Source: Octopus bimaculoides (taxonomy: Eukaryota). Taken from it: a stretch of 47,653 nt of DNA. Shown piece by piece: positions 1-12,513 of the stretch. Every line of letters starts with the position of its first letter. Within the stretch, counting starts at the first letter, position 1. The DNA lies in NCBI RefSeq assembly GCF_001194135.2, contig NC_068981.1:39570246-39617898 (forward strand). Direction: 5' to 3'. Made by a program: the position numbers and the translations under genes. The notes beneath the pieces were generated by a model. That model saw only the letters and a list, made by a program, of their open reading frames with translations, was not told the origin of the DNA and searched no databases.

Positions 1-62
<62 letters not shown>
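1..62. repeat. (TA)n followed by (TG)n microsatellite
   Basis: Direct inspection. Confidence 0.95.
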
Positions 63-63
<1 letters not shown>

Positions 64-69
64 ATGTTT

Positions 70-270
70 GTGTGTCTGTGTCCCCGCAACATCGGTTGAC
101 AACCGATGGTGGTGTGTTTAGGTCCCCATAACTTAGCGGTTCGGCAATAGAGGCAGATAGAATAAGTACTAGGCATCCAAAGAATAAGTCCTGGGTTGAT
201 TTGCTCGACTAAAGGCGGTGCTCCAGCATGGCCGCAGTCAAATGACTGAAACAAGTAAAAGAGTAAAGAG
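70..270 (+). mobile_element. 3' half of tRNA/CORE-type SINE (family A)
   Basis: Tail ...gatagaataagtactagg...ctgggttgatttgctcgactaaaggcggtgctccagcatggccgcagtcaaatgactgaaacaagtaaaag matches the 3' parts of the copies at 11472-11885, 28320-28430 and 33760-34098 (minus). Confidence 0.8.
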
Positions 271-594
271 TATATATACACCCACACCCATATAGGCATA
301 CACACACATATAAATATATATATATTAATACACATACATACATACACGTATGTATACATGTACGTATGTATGCATGTGGTAATATGGTAATGTAAATGTT
401 GTTGAGTATATCAAAAATATACTTTTCTTAGTCTAAACGTTATCTGATGCAAAAAAAAATCGTTATTTTGCGTAGAGAGGATAGATATGTTTATTATATC
501 AGTTGTTGACAGTCTGCTCAGAATCTAGCCTCTGGCTCCGATGTTCACGACTGTTCATGACAATCGTGAGCCACCCAGCCCAGGACATAGACGC

Positions 595-692
595 TCACAC
601 ACGCACACATACACACACACACACATACACACACACACACATACACACACACTCACACACACAGGGGCATTGCGCCTCCACTATACATATAC

Positions 693-742
<50 letters not shown>

Positions 743-1002
743 TACTGTTTGTATGTGTTTATATGCATACATGTATATATCTATGTATGTGTGTGAGTGT
801 GTGTGTGAGTGTGTGCGTGTGTGTGTGTCCATGTGGTGTGTGTGCGCATGTAGCAATAGATACTGAGAGAAACAGAAAGAGCATGATGGGGAGACAGATG
901 AAACGTAAGTATGTAACATAAAATATATGGTCTATATGGATTATACAAAAACGTATTTTTGCAAATATATAATTCAGATCTATACATACATACATACATA
1001 CC

Positions 1003-1097
<95 letters not shown>

Positions 1098-1140
1098 TCA
1101 TACATACATGCATATATATATGCATATACATATGCATTTA
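595..1140. repeat. Compound microsatellite block (CA)n/(TA)n/(TG)n/(TACA)n
   Basis: Direct inspection; accounts for the THTH/IYIY ORFs at 503-1150. Confidence 0.9.
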
Positions 1141-2028
1141 TATAATTTGAAAATTGCTAATATAAAAAGATGGTCTAATAAAACAGCAGTTATAAGGCAG
1201 AAATATCGAACTAGAAGCTCCAAATGAGAAGCATATATTTATATGAAGCTGTGTTCAGCAGCCCGGTATGCTTGCTGAAATTTTCACGGAGATGGTAATT
1301 CACTGCTGAATTGCCATTTTATGATGTTGATTAATACCGCATATGTCTACATAAGGCTAAAGATCTGAGATGGTAACACCTGCATTTTATTATTGACAGT
1401 GTAATTTTACAGATAAATTCAGAAAGCGAGAAAATCGTGTACAGCATTCCATATGAAAAATTCTGCGAAGGAGAAGAGAAATAAATGAAGCATAGTTGCA
1501 AAATACTTTGAAGTGCGTAGATTCTTATCGATTAAAAACATTACTAATCATTTTACCTGTTTCGAGATTTACGTATAAGTAAAAACTAGATTAAAAGAGG
1601 AAGACATACCTACAGAAGTTTTCGCATAAATGTGTGTAATCGCTTGTGTAAAAAAATTGCCTTTTGTTAACGGCTTTAGGCGAAGAGCTCACTGAAATGT
1701 TTTATTTGCTATTATTTTCAAAATGGTCAGCACACTCTTGCATACAGTAATGAAGATATCTGCGTTTACGTTCACTTTTCAGAAAGCATCATACCATTTC
1801 ATTTCAGGAATCAATCATTATGACAAATAACGAAACTATCGCTTATGAAATTATGTGTATGTGCGTGTATATTCTTTTATTTGTTTACTATTACTTATAT
1901 GTAATCCTTGTTCTTGAACGGAAACACATCACTCTGGAATGTGTGCGCTTGTGTGTGTGTATGTGTTTGTGTGTGTGAATGTAAGCATGTATGTACAAAT
2001 GTACATCTGTATGTGTGCACGTGTTTGT

Positions 2029-2030
<2 letters not shown>

Positions 2031-2090
<60 letters not shown>
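2031..2090. repeat. (GA)n microsatellite
   Basis: Direct inspection. Confidence 0.95.
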
Positions 2091-2092
<2 letters not shown>

Positions 2093-2720
2093 ATTGAATA
2101 AATTAGCAGACAGTGGTGCATACACATGAGAGAAATAATTACTCAAAATGAGGAAGTAATTTTGTATAATAAAATTTCCCAAAAATATTTTCAACAATAT
2201 TTTCATTTGTTTGTATAACAGTTGGAACAGAAAATTCTATAGCTAAATAATATATAAAAGATATCTACTATTTTAATATCTGTCATGATGTTGCAATGGT
2301 TATTATAAAATTCACTTTAGAAGAGTAGTCAAGGTATTTGAATACTATCTGAAATTACCCACTTATTCCAGGCAGAATTAGGATTACTTAATCACAAGAT
2401 ATATTATAATAGAATTCAATGGAGTCAGCAGTATATGTAGACACCCAATGCAATTATATTCATGTGATACAGCGGTTTACCTATAAAAATATAACGAAAA
2501 TTCTAAACCAGCTGTTTTGCTTTCATACAGGATATTCACCCAGTCACGCTATACTAAAGATTACTGCAACTTTCATTTAATGTCAACTACATTGTAATGG
2601 TTGAAAAACGTGAAAGCGTTTTTATTGATCTGAATTTATGTCACAGGGCAACTGTTGATTCATTCCAATCAATTGATATCTTGTTATCGTAGCGTCGTCA
2701 GAGTATTTGTTAATACCCTA

Positions 2721-2721
<1 letters not shown>

Positions 2722-2802
<81 letters not shown>
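2722..2802. repeat. (TG)n microsatellite, about 40 units
   Basis: Direct inspection. Confidence 0.95.
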
Positions 2803-2803
<1 letters not shown>

Positions 2804-3634
2804 GGAAAACTGAACTATTTATATGTCTGGCTTATATAGTAATATAATTTTAATCGCTAGAATGTATTTCAGTTATAGTACAGTATACAAAAATGCTTGT
2901 TTGTGAGTATTTCTCAATGAAGGAGTATGAGAGTGTATATGAGTCTGTATGTGAGCATGTGTAATTACGAGAGTCAAATGAAGGAGTTCGCTCATATAGT
3001 TTTCAATGTTTTATTAATTTTATTGCATATCTTTTGGAATTCATCATAGGTTGTAATAATATCGAAATATAACTGAACATGCTCATATGGTTTAAATAAC
3101 CAAGTAACTATTCAGTATTTTATATGCACACACACAGACTCAATCACAATCACAATCACACACACTCACACAAACACTTGCATGTACTGTAAAATTATAG
3201 TCGATTGCTACAAGAGTATTATAGTTTGCTCCTACAAGTTCGTCGCAGAAATACTAAAAAGGTACCGTTATTAAAATCACTAGCTGTGCGATCGGCCTAC
3301 ACTAAATTAGGACTTGTTTATAGCGTGGAACTTGAAAATCAATATCAGTACCAATCTAAACCGCTAAATTTTCTAGGTATCTCACTACAAATAACCAGGC
3401 AATAACGAAGATATGAAGTTAGTAAATATATCAACCTAGGGAGTAGCAAACCTAACCATTTATAAGGTTATTTTGAACCATGATCTCATCACTAATTGCA
3501 ACAATACAAAACTAATCGCAGGAAGTCGTAAGGTAGCTTGTCGGAAAATCATTTATTGGTTCCTGTATAGTTCGTGGAGAGTTTGTTGGATTGTTACGTT
3601 GTTATTAACCTGCCTCGTTATATGTTTATTGTAT

Positions 3635-3658
3635 GGAGAGAGAGAGAGAGAGAGAGTG

Positions 3659-3731
<73 letters not shown>
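3635..3731. repeat. (GA)n-(GATA)n microsatellite
   Basis: Direct inspection. Confidence 0.95.
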
Positions 3732-3732
<1 letters not shown>

Positions 3733-5299
3733 AACTTCCTTGGAATTTGCTACACTGGTCTCAGAAGCATTTTGGTTGCTATCAGTGTAATTAATAATCC
3801 GAGTAGAGAAACTACAATTTTCGAAATAGTTTACCATAAGTACTCTTTTCCTTGCTGAATTTGAAAGTGATGTTCATATCTGCAGGGCAGCTGACATGTA
3901 TGACTAGACAAAATGACCAGAACAAATAATGCAAGGCAACCAGTGTGACGTTCTTACACTTCCACTGCTACTGAAGTTTGTTCCTTAAAGGAAAATAACA
4001 AAGGTTAATGTCAATGTTATTTAAACTCCGCCAATTCGACACTTTGTGACTGTAGAGAATACGTGCCTGTGTACGTGTGTTGGCAGTGCTGATTAGACGT
4101 GTATAACACCCACAATCATTAACAAAGCTTCGTTTTAGATTTACAGTCCTTTATGAGATTGTTACGCATTGAACTTGCCCTAGATGTTAAATAACCAAAG
4201 TTATTAAAATGCAGGTTTTTAAAAATATAATTCAAATATGCCTCCGTAGTAATACATGACAACATTTTCTAAAGTTTTCCGATTACATGCATTTGAATGG
4301 ATTAAGTTTAAATGGCCTCCATTGAAAACTTTACTTTTTACATCAGTTTATATAACTTTGATTTTGCGAATAAGAATATGCAATTGATACTAATATCATT
4401 CTTTATAGATGAAAGTTGGACTGCACAGATTTTACTGACGAATAGCTAATTTTCAAGGAAGAACAGAATTTGAATAAAAATATATGACTATATTATAAGT
4501 TCTCTTTACAATTTCACTTACTGACAGCTAGATATTTACGTAGAACAAGCACAATTTTCACAGCTTTTCATATAATCTGAGCTAACTTCTTGTTCTCTTT
4601 AGTTCTTGTATTGTAATTCTATTGGATGTTAGTTAAATGTAAATTCTAAAAGTATGTTAGCTAAATAACTCAAGACAGAATTCGATATACTAAGGTTTAG
4701 TAGATAACATCCAACAATAATTATAAATCTAAAGCTGGACTGGTTAACTATGCATATGCCGTAGAAGACGACCAGATGAGATTAAAACACAATCAAATTA
4801 GCATTTTCGTTTGAAGCTATTCCATTCTGGTTCCCCTGCTAATATCCTTGCGAAATTCAAAATGGCCATACACTCTATTTTCTATCAAAATAAACATAGA
4901 GCGTTAGGATGAAAGAAAAGTAATTAATGTTGCAACAGTATTAAAAGCACAATGTTCTCCTGTAGTATGACTGGAAAATGAACTTAAAACAATGACTGTG
5001 TTTAGCAATGTAAATTATTTTAATTTATATACCAAATATAAGTATTACGCATGATATATTTAAGGAAGGTAATATTTTAGCTATATGTCCTCATTAAGTT
5101 AATACCTTTGTCACAATTGTAAGTTTTATAGCGAGAAAAAACAAGTAGTGTCAGAAAAATAGATTTTGAATCTTTTACGACTCTCCTACACTTATTCTAT
5201 GGCCATCTATTTTCATCATCTTTTCATGATTTTGCTTGTATTTATGAAAGTTATTAATTATATTTTTCACGTTTTACTAGGATATGAATCTTTATGTAA

Positions 5300-5502
5300 T
5301 ATTGGTTCCAAAATTTGGCACAAGAGGAAGGGGTAAGTCGATTAGACTGACCTCAGTACTGAACAGGTACTTATTTTATCGACCCCGGGAAGATGAAAGG
5401 TGAAATAGACTTCGGCTGCATTTGAATTTAGAATGTAAAGACGGAAAAAATACCGCTAAGCATTTTACCTGACGTGCTAACGATTCTGCCAGCTCGCCGC
5501 CT
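5300..5502 (-). mobile_element. tRNA-derived SINE (family B)
   Basis: Reverse complement starts ggcggcgagctggcagaatcgttagc and contains a B-box-like ttctaaattcaaatg segment; colinear with 20078-20287. Confidence 0.85.
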
Positions 5503-5512
5503 AAAATCATAT

Positions 5513-5715
5513 GTAGGCACAGGGCCCGAAATTTTTGGGGAGGGGACGAGTCGATTAGATCGACCTAGTACGCAACTGGTACTTAATTTATCAACCCCGA
5601 AAGGATGAAAGGCAAAGTCGACCTCGGCGGAATTTGAACTCAGAGCATAATGACAGACAAAATACTGCTAAGCATTTCGCCCGGTGTGTTAACATGTCAG
5701 CCAGCTCGCCGCCTT
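5513..5715 (-). mobile_element. tRNA-derived SINE (family B)
   Basis: Reverse complement: ggcggcgagctggc...gaaatgcttagcagtatttt...ctgagttcaaattccgccgaggtcgactttgcctttcatcctttcggggttgataaattaagtaccagttgcgtactaggtcgatctaatcgact. Confidence 0.9.
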
Positions 5716-5745
5716 AAAAGCATATATAATATTAATAATATTCCT

Positions 5746-5953
5746 AAGCTGGCAGAATCAAGAGCACTTCGGGCAAGATGTTTAGTGGTATTTCGTCCGT
5801 CTTTATGTTCTGAGTTCAAATTCCACTGAGGTCGACTTTACCCTTCATTCGTTCAGGATCGATAAGATAAGTAGCAGTTGAACACTGGGGTCAATGAAAT
5901 CGGTTCATCCCCTCCCCCGAATTTAATGGCTTTGTGTCAAAGTTTGAAACCAA
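5746..5953 (+). mobile_element. tRNA-derived SINE (family B), head-to-head with 5513-5715
   Basis: agctggcagaatc...gttctgagttcaaattccactgaggtcgactttacc...tttgaaaccaat; B-box GTTCAAATTCC. Confidence 0.85.
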
Positions 5954-7649
5954 TATTTATAGCATTCCTGTAGTGAACATGCTGTATCTGCTCAGGTATT
6001 AATCATTAAAAACAGAAACTGGTTTGTAGACAGTTATTATTGCTTAACTCATTGTATCAGTGATTATCACAATAAAAATTGCATTACAATACATGCATAT
6101 AAGAAAGCCTATACTTTCTTTCATAGCTTTTAAGTGATACTTATTTACTGTCTTAAAAACGAAAAAAACTTGTGTCAAATATAAACATTAAAGGGTAAAG
6201 AAAAATGATGGGCACTCTAAATGTGAAATTGTTGTGGTGGGCCACAAGAATGATGGGAATGAGACAGCAAAGTGGCTTTAATGAATCTATATCTGCGTAT
6301 GCAGGTTGGCGCTCAAATGACAAAGTATATATTCACGATACAACCTATTGCAGCATTCCCTACAATTATGTCATATAGGCAATGGTTTCTCGGTTGCAAC
6401 CTAAATGTAATTAAACACGCTTATATTCCAATAAAACTTATATTATGTCATCCAAAATAATACGTGTACACATATACACACACAGACACACATACACAAA
6501 CACGCAGGCACGCGTGTACACACACACACGTGCGCGCGCGCGCGTATACAGGCTTGTTTGTATGTGTTCGTAGACCACAGTAAGAAAAAAACATTCAGAA
6601 GAAGCTGCATGACATCCCAATTGCGAAGTTAACTTCTTATCCATTTAGTCATGTAGAATGTTCTCTCACCCTCTATCTACCCCCAATCTTTCTCTCTCAT
6701 TATACACACTGACAGACACTCTCTCTTTCTCTTTCACACGAATATTTATAACTGAATGTGTGGGAGTGTGTGCATGAGTGAGAGGACTACTCATACGGTT
6801 GCCACAGTTGCGTAAGTAATGTTTTATATGGTCATGTGTTAATACTTTAAGTTCAAAATGTCAATATGCTTAACGCTTCTTCTCATGTGTCTTCATGTAC
6901 GTTCATTTTTCTTTAAGCTTAATTTTACATTATATAAGCTGCTACACACTTCAGTAGAACAATTTAATTTTCTATTTGAATTTTATGGAAAGAACCACCG
7001 AAATAATTATTATTTAGGGCGTATTTATGCATGCACATAGCTCACTCACAAAATAAGCTCATACATTCAAACATCAAACATACACACACACACATTTATA
7101 TCTATATATAAGTTAGTTAGCGCTAATATCAGTTGTTTCCTCTTGGACAACATCTGCTTATTCCAATATTCCAATATTACAATCAATATGTATTCATAGA
7201 TGGTGCTGTATGTGAGTCAAAATACATATCAAAATTAAGAATTATGGAAAAACTGTTTGGAGAGCTAATTTATAACAAAATAGAAAAATGGAAATCTTTT
7301 GGTATTATTTACTCTCCATTACACGTGTTTCATTTGCTAATAGGAATCACAAAGATTTACATGTTAGATAGACATGTGAAAAATTTCCTATTAGAAACTC
7401 TTCAGGTAAATAACAATTATAATATTTTAACTGTTTTTTAAAAATATTTTTGTGATACCTATTAGCAAATAAATCACATGTAATGGAGAATAAATAATAC
7501 CAAAAGATATCTATTTTCCTACATATATATATTCTAGAATTTTAAAGTATCTCTGAAAGATGACAGAGAACAACATGTTAGTTTCTATATGTCGTGAAAT
7601 AATATATTGTTACTCAGAGTAAGGATTTTAGTATTAGAATTAAAGGTTC

Positions 7650-8700
7650 TTTGCACGTAGTCGTTTAATTGTGGAACCGTGGAAGTCATCAACAATGCTT
7701 TGTCGAGATTATTTCTTAATTAATGTTTAGAACTTTCAGTTAGCTTTTAATATGTTAGTCAAAGAAAATATAACAATGAATATTGGTTTCAAAGTTCTCT
7801 AAAATATCGACAACATTAATTTGGTTGAAATATTACTTGTTTGTGCAGGTTAAAAGCATATAGACAAGAAATAAATTCGACTGACATGAAATACGTGGGA
7901 GATGGGATTGATTGAAATTGTTAGAGGATGTCTTTTAAGTTGTAGAGAATGTCTTTTAAGCTGTAGAAACAGATGTGAAGCTTAATTGTTGTACCTGAGA
8001 CATACAGTTAGAAACTTTTAAAGAAATGTTTGATTTTGCATCTAATGGAAAGGATAAGGCTGGAAAGAGAAACAAAACAGAGTTTCCAAGAGTAGTGGAA
8101 GGTGACCTCAAATGGGAGGACCAGAGTAGACTCTACTAATGGCCCTGAAAGAGCCAGGTTGTAGTGCTAAATCAGCTGACGGTTTGACACCAGGGATTTT
8201 TTTATTTTTTGCTGTTGTAGTTTTACTTATATGGTATCAAATCATTCTCCGGCAAAATAAGTTAAAGAGATGATTGTGGAGAAGTATATAATTAATCTTG
8301 CTTTAGCAAAATATTTTGGGTCATGATTTCTGCTTATTTTCAGGTTTTAAGAAAGTGTGGAATGTGCTTGCTCTTACGGAGAAAGTGACTATGAAACTAA
8401 AAGTCTATATCGGCACAAAATAATAAAATATATTTGTTGTATGGTATATTTTAGGATAAGATTTGTTTGATAAAAACATGACCAGGGCTGTAGTTGTTTT
8501 AATTGGTTTAATGTAAATCAAGGTAAACCATGTTCGAACAGAACTATGGTGAAAACTTTACTAATGTTACAGTTGAGTCTTCAGATATATGTATTTCAAT
8601 GTGTCATGATATAAATTCGAATAGATTTGGCAGGTAATTTTTGTACATCAGTCTACCATGTAGAAGTTCTTTCATTGGATTAGGCATTTAGTATAGCATG
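7650..8700 (-). mobile_element. Possible highly decayed LINE reverse-transcriptase remnant
   Basis: The minus strand near 8130-8200 reads KIPGVKP...PGSFRAIS, reminiscent of the SYRPISL RT motif, and the strand composition is skewed. No continuous ORF. Confidence 0.25.
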
Positions 8701-10449
8701 AGACGTGATCCTGCATTATTTTTCTGAAACTCTTTAATTAACCTTATTTTGTATAAAAGGCAAGCTTCAATTTGTTTCAAATTGATATGATTTAAAATAT
8801 TCTTTGTTCTCTCATTTTAAGTCTCTCATTTAACCACTATTTCACATTTGAGAAAACCATGTTCTAAAACGTAATACATGCATACACACACACACACATT
8901 ATATGCGCGTGCATGTATGGATTACCACCCACCCTGGGTATATATCTTATATATCTTTCTTTAAACTTTCAGCACATGTGTAGCTGGAAAATAGTTAATT
9001 GGAAGAGTTATTGCGCATGTGTCCCTAGTGAGAGGAATATACTTCTCTTAGTATTTGGATGAGAAACCTTTTCGCATAAACCGACGCCCGATAATTAACA
9101 TCACAATTTCTTTGTAAAATTATATTTGATGTATAATTTTTAATATCAGATGACATCCTGTGAAGTTGACATGTTTTCCGTTTTACGATTTCAATAAAGA
9201 TTAAAACTATCTTGTGTATATATAATATTTTCTTGAGATTTGTTTAACCCTCAATTCAATGTTCCAAATAAATACACATTTACCGGATTCTCTTCGAAAT
9301 TGTTCACTTATCAAACCGTGAAAAACTATTGTAGATATATAAATTGCTATAGTCATAGACAGAAATATACCTTTAAATCGTGTTTCTATTTCAATTTATC
9401 AAGCTAACAATAAGTTACATCCTATTTCGCTTGTGAATAAGCATAATTTCTTACCGTACACTTATTTCAATAATTTTCCGTTCAATTTCCGAAACAGAAT
9501 GTATTATTATTTTTAAGCTATCCCTTGTCACACTACAACAAAAACGCCATTATTTCTTGAGTAGTAACACAGAACTGAATAATTTGTCAGTGCACTTCAT
9601 ATTGAATATTGGCTGAAACCATTTCAACACTGATTGTATTTAAAGCCAAAAACTGAACAAAAATTTAATCGCATTCAACTTACCAAAACATGTTTAAAGA
9701 GCGTAATGTCGGATATCCGTGCTTGGAATGCTAAATAATTATTATAAATGGACTGCTCAATTTGCTCAAAAGATATTCTTTTGTATATAATATTCAGAAA
9801 CATATATTTATTTTCGTTTACTTAAATAGAATATTTTGTATTTCATGGTGTAATATATTTCTGTTAGTTTAAATTTGGAAATAATGTTTTTCTTTCCTTA
9901 AACAAAAATTTAAATATTTTCATCTAAATCTTAACGTATGCCAGTTAATTCTACCTATTAATTTCAAGTGTCAATATAATACAAAATATTGATTTCTTTT
10001 GACAAAGAATATGACCAAACAAAATATCGAATTTGACAAGGAAATCCTGTGCAACAAGATCTAAATAAATTTCATTTTCGTAAAATATATCAAATTTTTC
10101 TTTGATTAACTACTTTTTTTTTCAACAATAAAGACTTAGAACGTTTTCAAAGAAGCAAAATGTTATTTTCATTTGGCTTAGAAAATTTAAAATTATGCAG
10201 CATTCAATTCGTATATCTTGCAATTCCGCTAGTATGAGTTTCTAAATTTCTATGTCGTTTTAATACCTCCGAATTAACATTATGTTTTAAATTCTTTGAT
10301 GAAGCCTTTATTTTTGCAGCTCTCTTTTTACCCTACTCTCTTTCTAAATTGACCAAAGTTAACAATAGCGTAAAATTCCTACCAAAAGTTTTCAGCGTAT
10401 GGTTTATTTCTAATAGCAACACATTTGTAACGTAGAAGCATTGTCATTT

Positions 10450-11400
10450 GAACGACAGTTATGCATCAAATTTGCAGACACCACAAAGATACTGATATCT
10501 AATAGGAAATGGTTAAACACTAAAAATTCAAACATTCGAAACAGATACCAGCAATATAAATACATTAATACTATGAGCCTATAAATACGATTACTTGCCT
10601 CCCCGATCGTTTTACAAGAGTAGATTGCTTTCCCTACACCCCACAAAGCATACCACAATCTAATACGTAGACATAACACCTCACATTTAGCTTCAATATT
10701 ACATCAAGCACCTGGAACACTACATCCAAAATTTTATGCAAGAAAGCATAAAATTCATTTTGTTTCATGATAGAAACCAGAAGTACAAATACGCTAAAAC
10801 TATAAACATATCAATACGATTACCAACTTCCTCAGTGAGTGCCACCGGAAAACATCAAATACAACTAACCATCATACCAGTAGCATAAAAATATCACATG
10901 CACAGAAGACAAAAAACATCCATAATAACATTGCAAAATTTATAGCACATGTAGGGAACATAGTTAAAAAGAAATAAATTAACGAACAGACAGCACATTT
11001 ATTACAAACGTTAGTTTACAAACCATATATCTGATGCATCATGGATTGCGTCAAAGCCTACAACAAATGTCGACGAACTAAAGACACACAATAAGGCACT
11101 TCGCATATTTACAAGTTGTGGAGCATACCACCTAGAAAACAAAACTTAACATTCTTGAGATGTGACTACCTGGATGTTTCGTAATTCATGTGACTATATA
11201 TTTAACATTATTAAAGCGCAGAAGTGCCTGGAACTTTTACACTGAAACAATTTCACTCAAATTAGTCCAGACGATGCGGAAATTACAAACAAAAGCAGCA
11301 TAAATAACACAAATCATTTCAAACATTATTTTGGAGACACATTTCACTTATGTAAACACAGAGGAACATTAATTATTGCTCTCTGACTAATAGCCTTATT
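10450..11400 (+). mobile_element. Decayed LINE (Jockey/I-like) RT C-terminal remnant
   Basis: 11011-11119 gives LVYKPYI...ELKTHNKALRIFTSC, resembling LYKxxIR...LQxxQNxALRIxTGC. The + strand is CA-rich and has many stops and frameshifts. Confidence 0.45.
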
Positions 11401-11471
11401 TGGTGCCGCTAAAGTTGAACTAAATCCAACAAACAGAGAAATACTCGACAGAGAAAAAATGCAACATAAGT

Positions 11472-11885
11472 AGGCGCGTGTGTGGCTGTGGGGCAAACAT
11501 CTTACTCTATGGAGTTAGGAAGCCCCATGCTCCCAGGTTCAGCTCTACTGTGTGGTACCTTCGGCAAATGTCTTCTACTGTAACCCTATGTCAACCAAAG
11601 ACTTATGAGTGGATTTGATTGACGAAAACTGAAATAAGCCCGTCGTATATTATCATATATGTATATATCTACATGTGTATATGTGTGTGTGTATGTGTGT
11701 GTGTGTGTGTGTGTGTTTGCTCTCCCCCACCACCAGCACTTGAGACCGGTGTGCATTTGTATACGATCCCATAACCAAGCAGTTCTACATAAGAGGCCGG
11801 TAGAGGTACCAGGCTTCAATTGAAATTCTTCAAAGCAGTGAGCAGGCAAAGCTGCAGTCCAGTAACTGAAACAAGTAAGGGATAA
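11472..11885 (+). mobile_element. Full-length diverged tRNA/CORE-type SINE (family A) with internal microsatellite
   Basis: Head ggcgcgtgtgtggctgtgg..., B-box-like ggttcagctc, CORE-like ggtaccttcggcaaatgtcttct, internal (TA)/(TG) tract at about 11655-11716, tail ...gcagtccagtaactgaaacaagtaag. Confidence 0.8.
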
Positions 11886-12454
11886 TTGATAATTGATCTC
11901 TAGGCGGCCATTCTTTATTCCACAGAAGCTTTTGTAAGACAGAGTGAGGATTTGATCCTCAACTAGTCGGAGGTACGATATCGATGAAGCACAAGAACGC
12001 ATCTAGCTATGTTAATAATATTTTACCTTCCATATGTTTATTGACAGGTGCTAAACAACACTTTCAAAGGTCAAAATTTACTGCGGGTAAAATCTCGAGT
12101 AAAATGGAATTGCAATGTGATCTTGAATTAAAAGAGTAACCTAAGATTAAAATTTGACAAGACGCTGAGAAAATTAATGATCAGTTTTACTTAGTGCCAT
12201 CAAGGACAATATCTCATACGATATCAGGCTAGTTTTCCTTTCCTTGAAAAGGAAATACCCAATTAACCAATTTCAATATGAAAATTTTAATTTAATTTAA
12301 TTCAATTTCTCTAATTGAATAATTGTATATGGAAACGGCTGTAGGGATAAGAATTTCATATTATATTGATTTGAATATCTTTGTATAAACTGATGTCTAT
12401 ATGTCAATTTCTTCATTTTCTTCTTTTTTCTCATTCGTATGTACATATACAATA

Positions 12455-12476
12455 TGAGTGTGTGTGTGCGCGCGCG

Positions 12477-12511
<35 letters not shown>
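12455..12511. repeat. (TG)n/(CG)n microsatellite
   Basis: Direct inspection. Confidence 0.9.

Positions 12512-12513
<2 letters not shown>

Noticed and set aside
503-1150. [12 protein letters not shown]-rich ORFs, here and at 12297-12682, 14763-15018, 25838-26163, 36740-37513 and 42933-43589
   Set aside because: They are translations of dinucleotide microsatellites, which lack stop codons; no coding signal.
1412-1483. Possible terminal exon INSESEKIVYSIPYEKFCEGEEK* after ttttacag
   Set aside because: Too short, with no supporting upstream exon or homology.
7133-7441. 102-aa AT-rich ORF
   Set aside because: TTG start, composition matches background (I/K/F/Y-rich), no domain.
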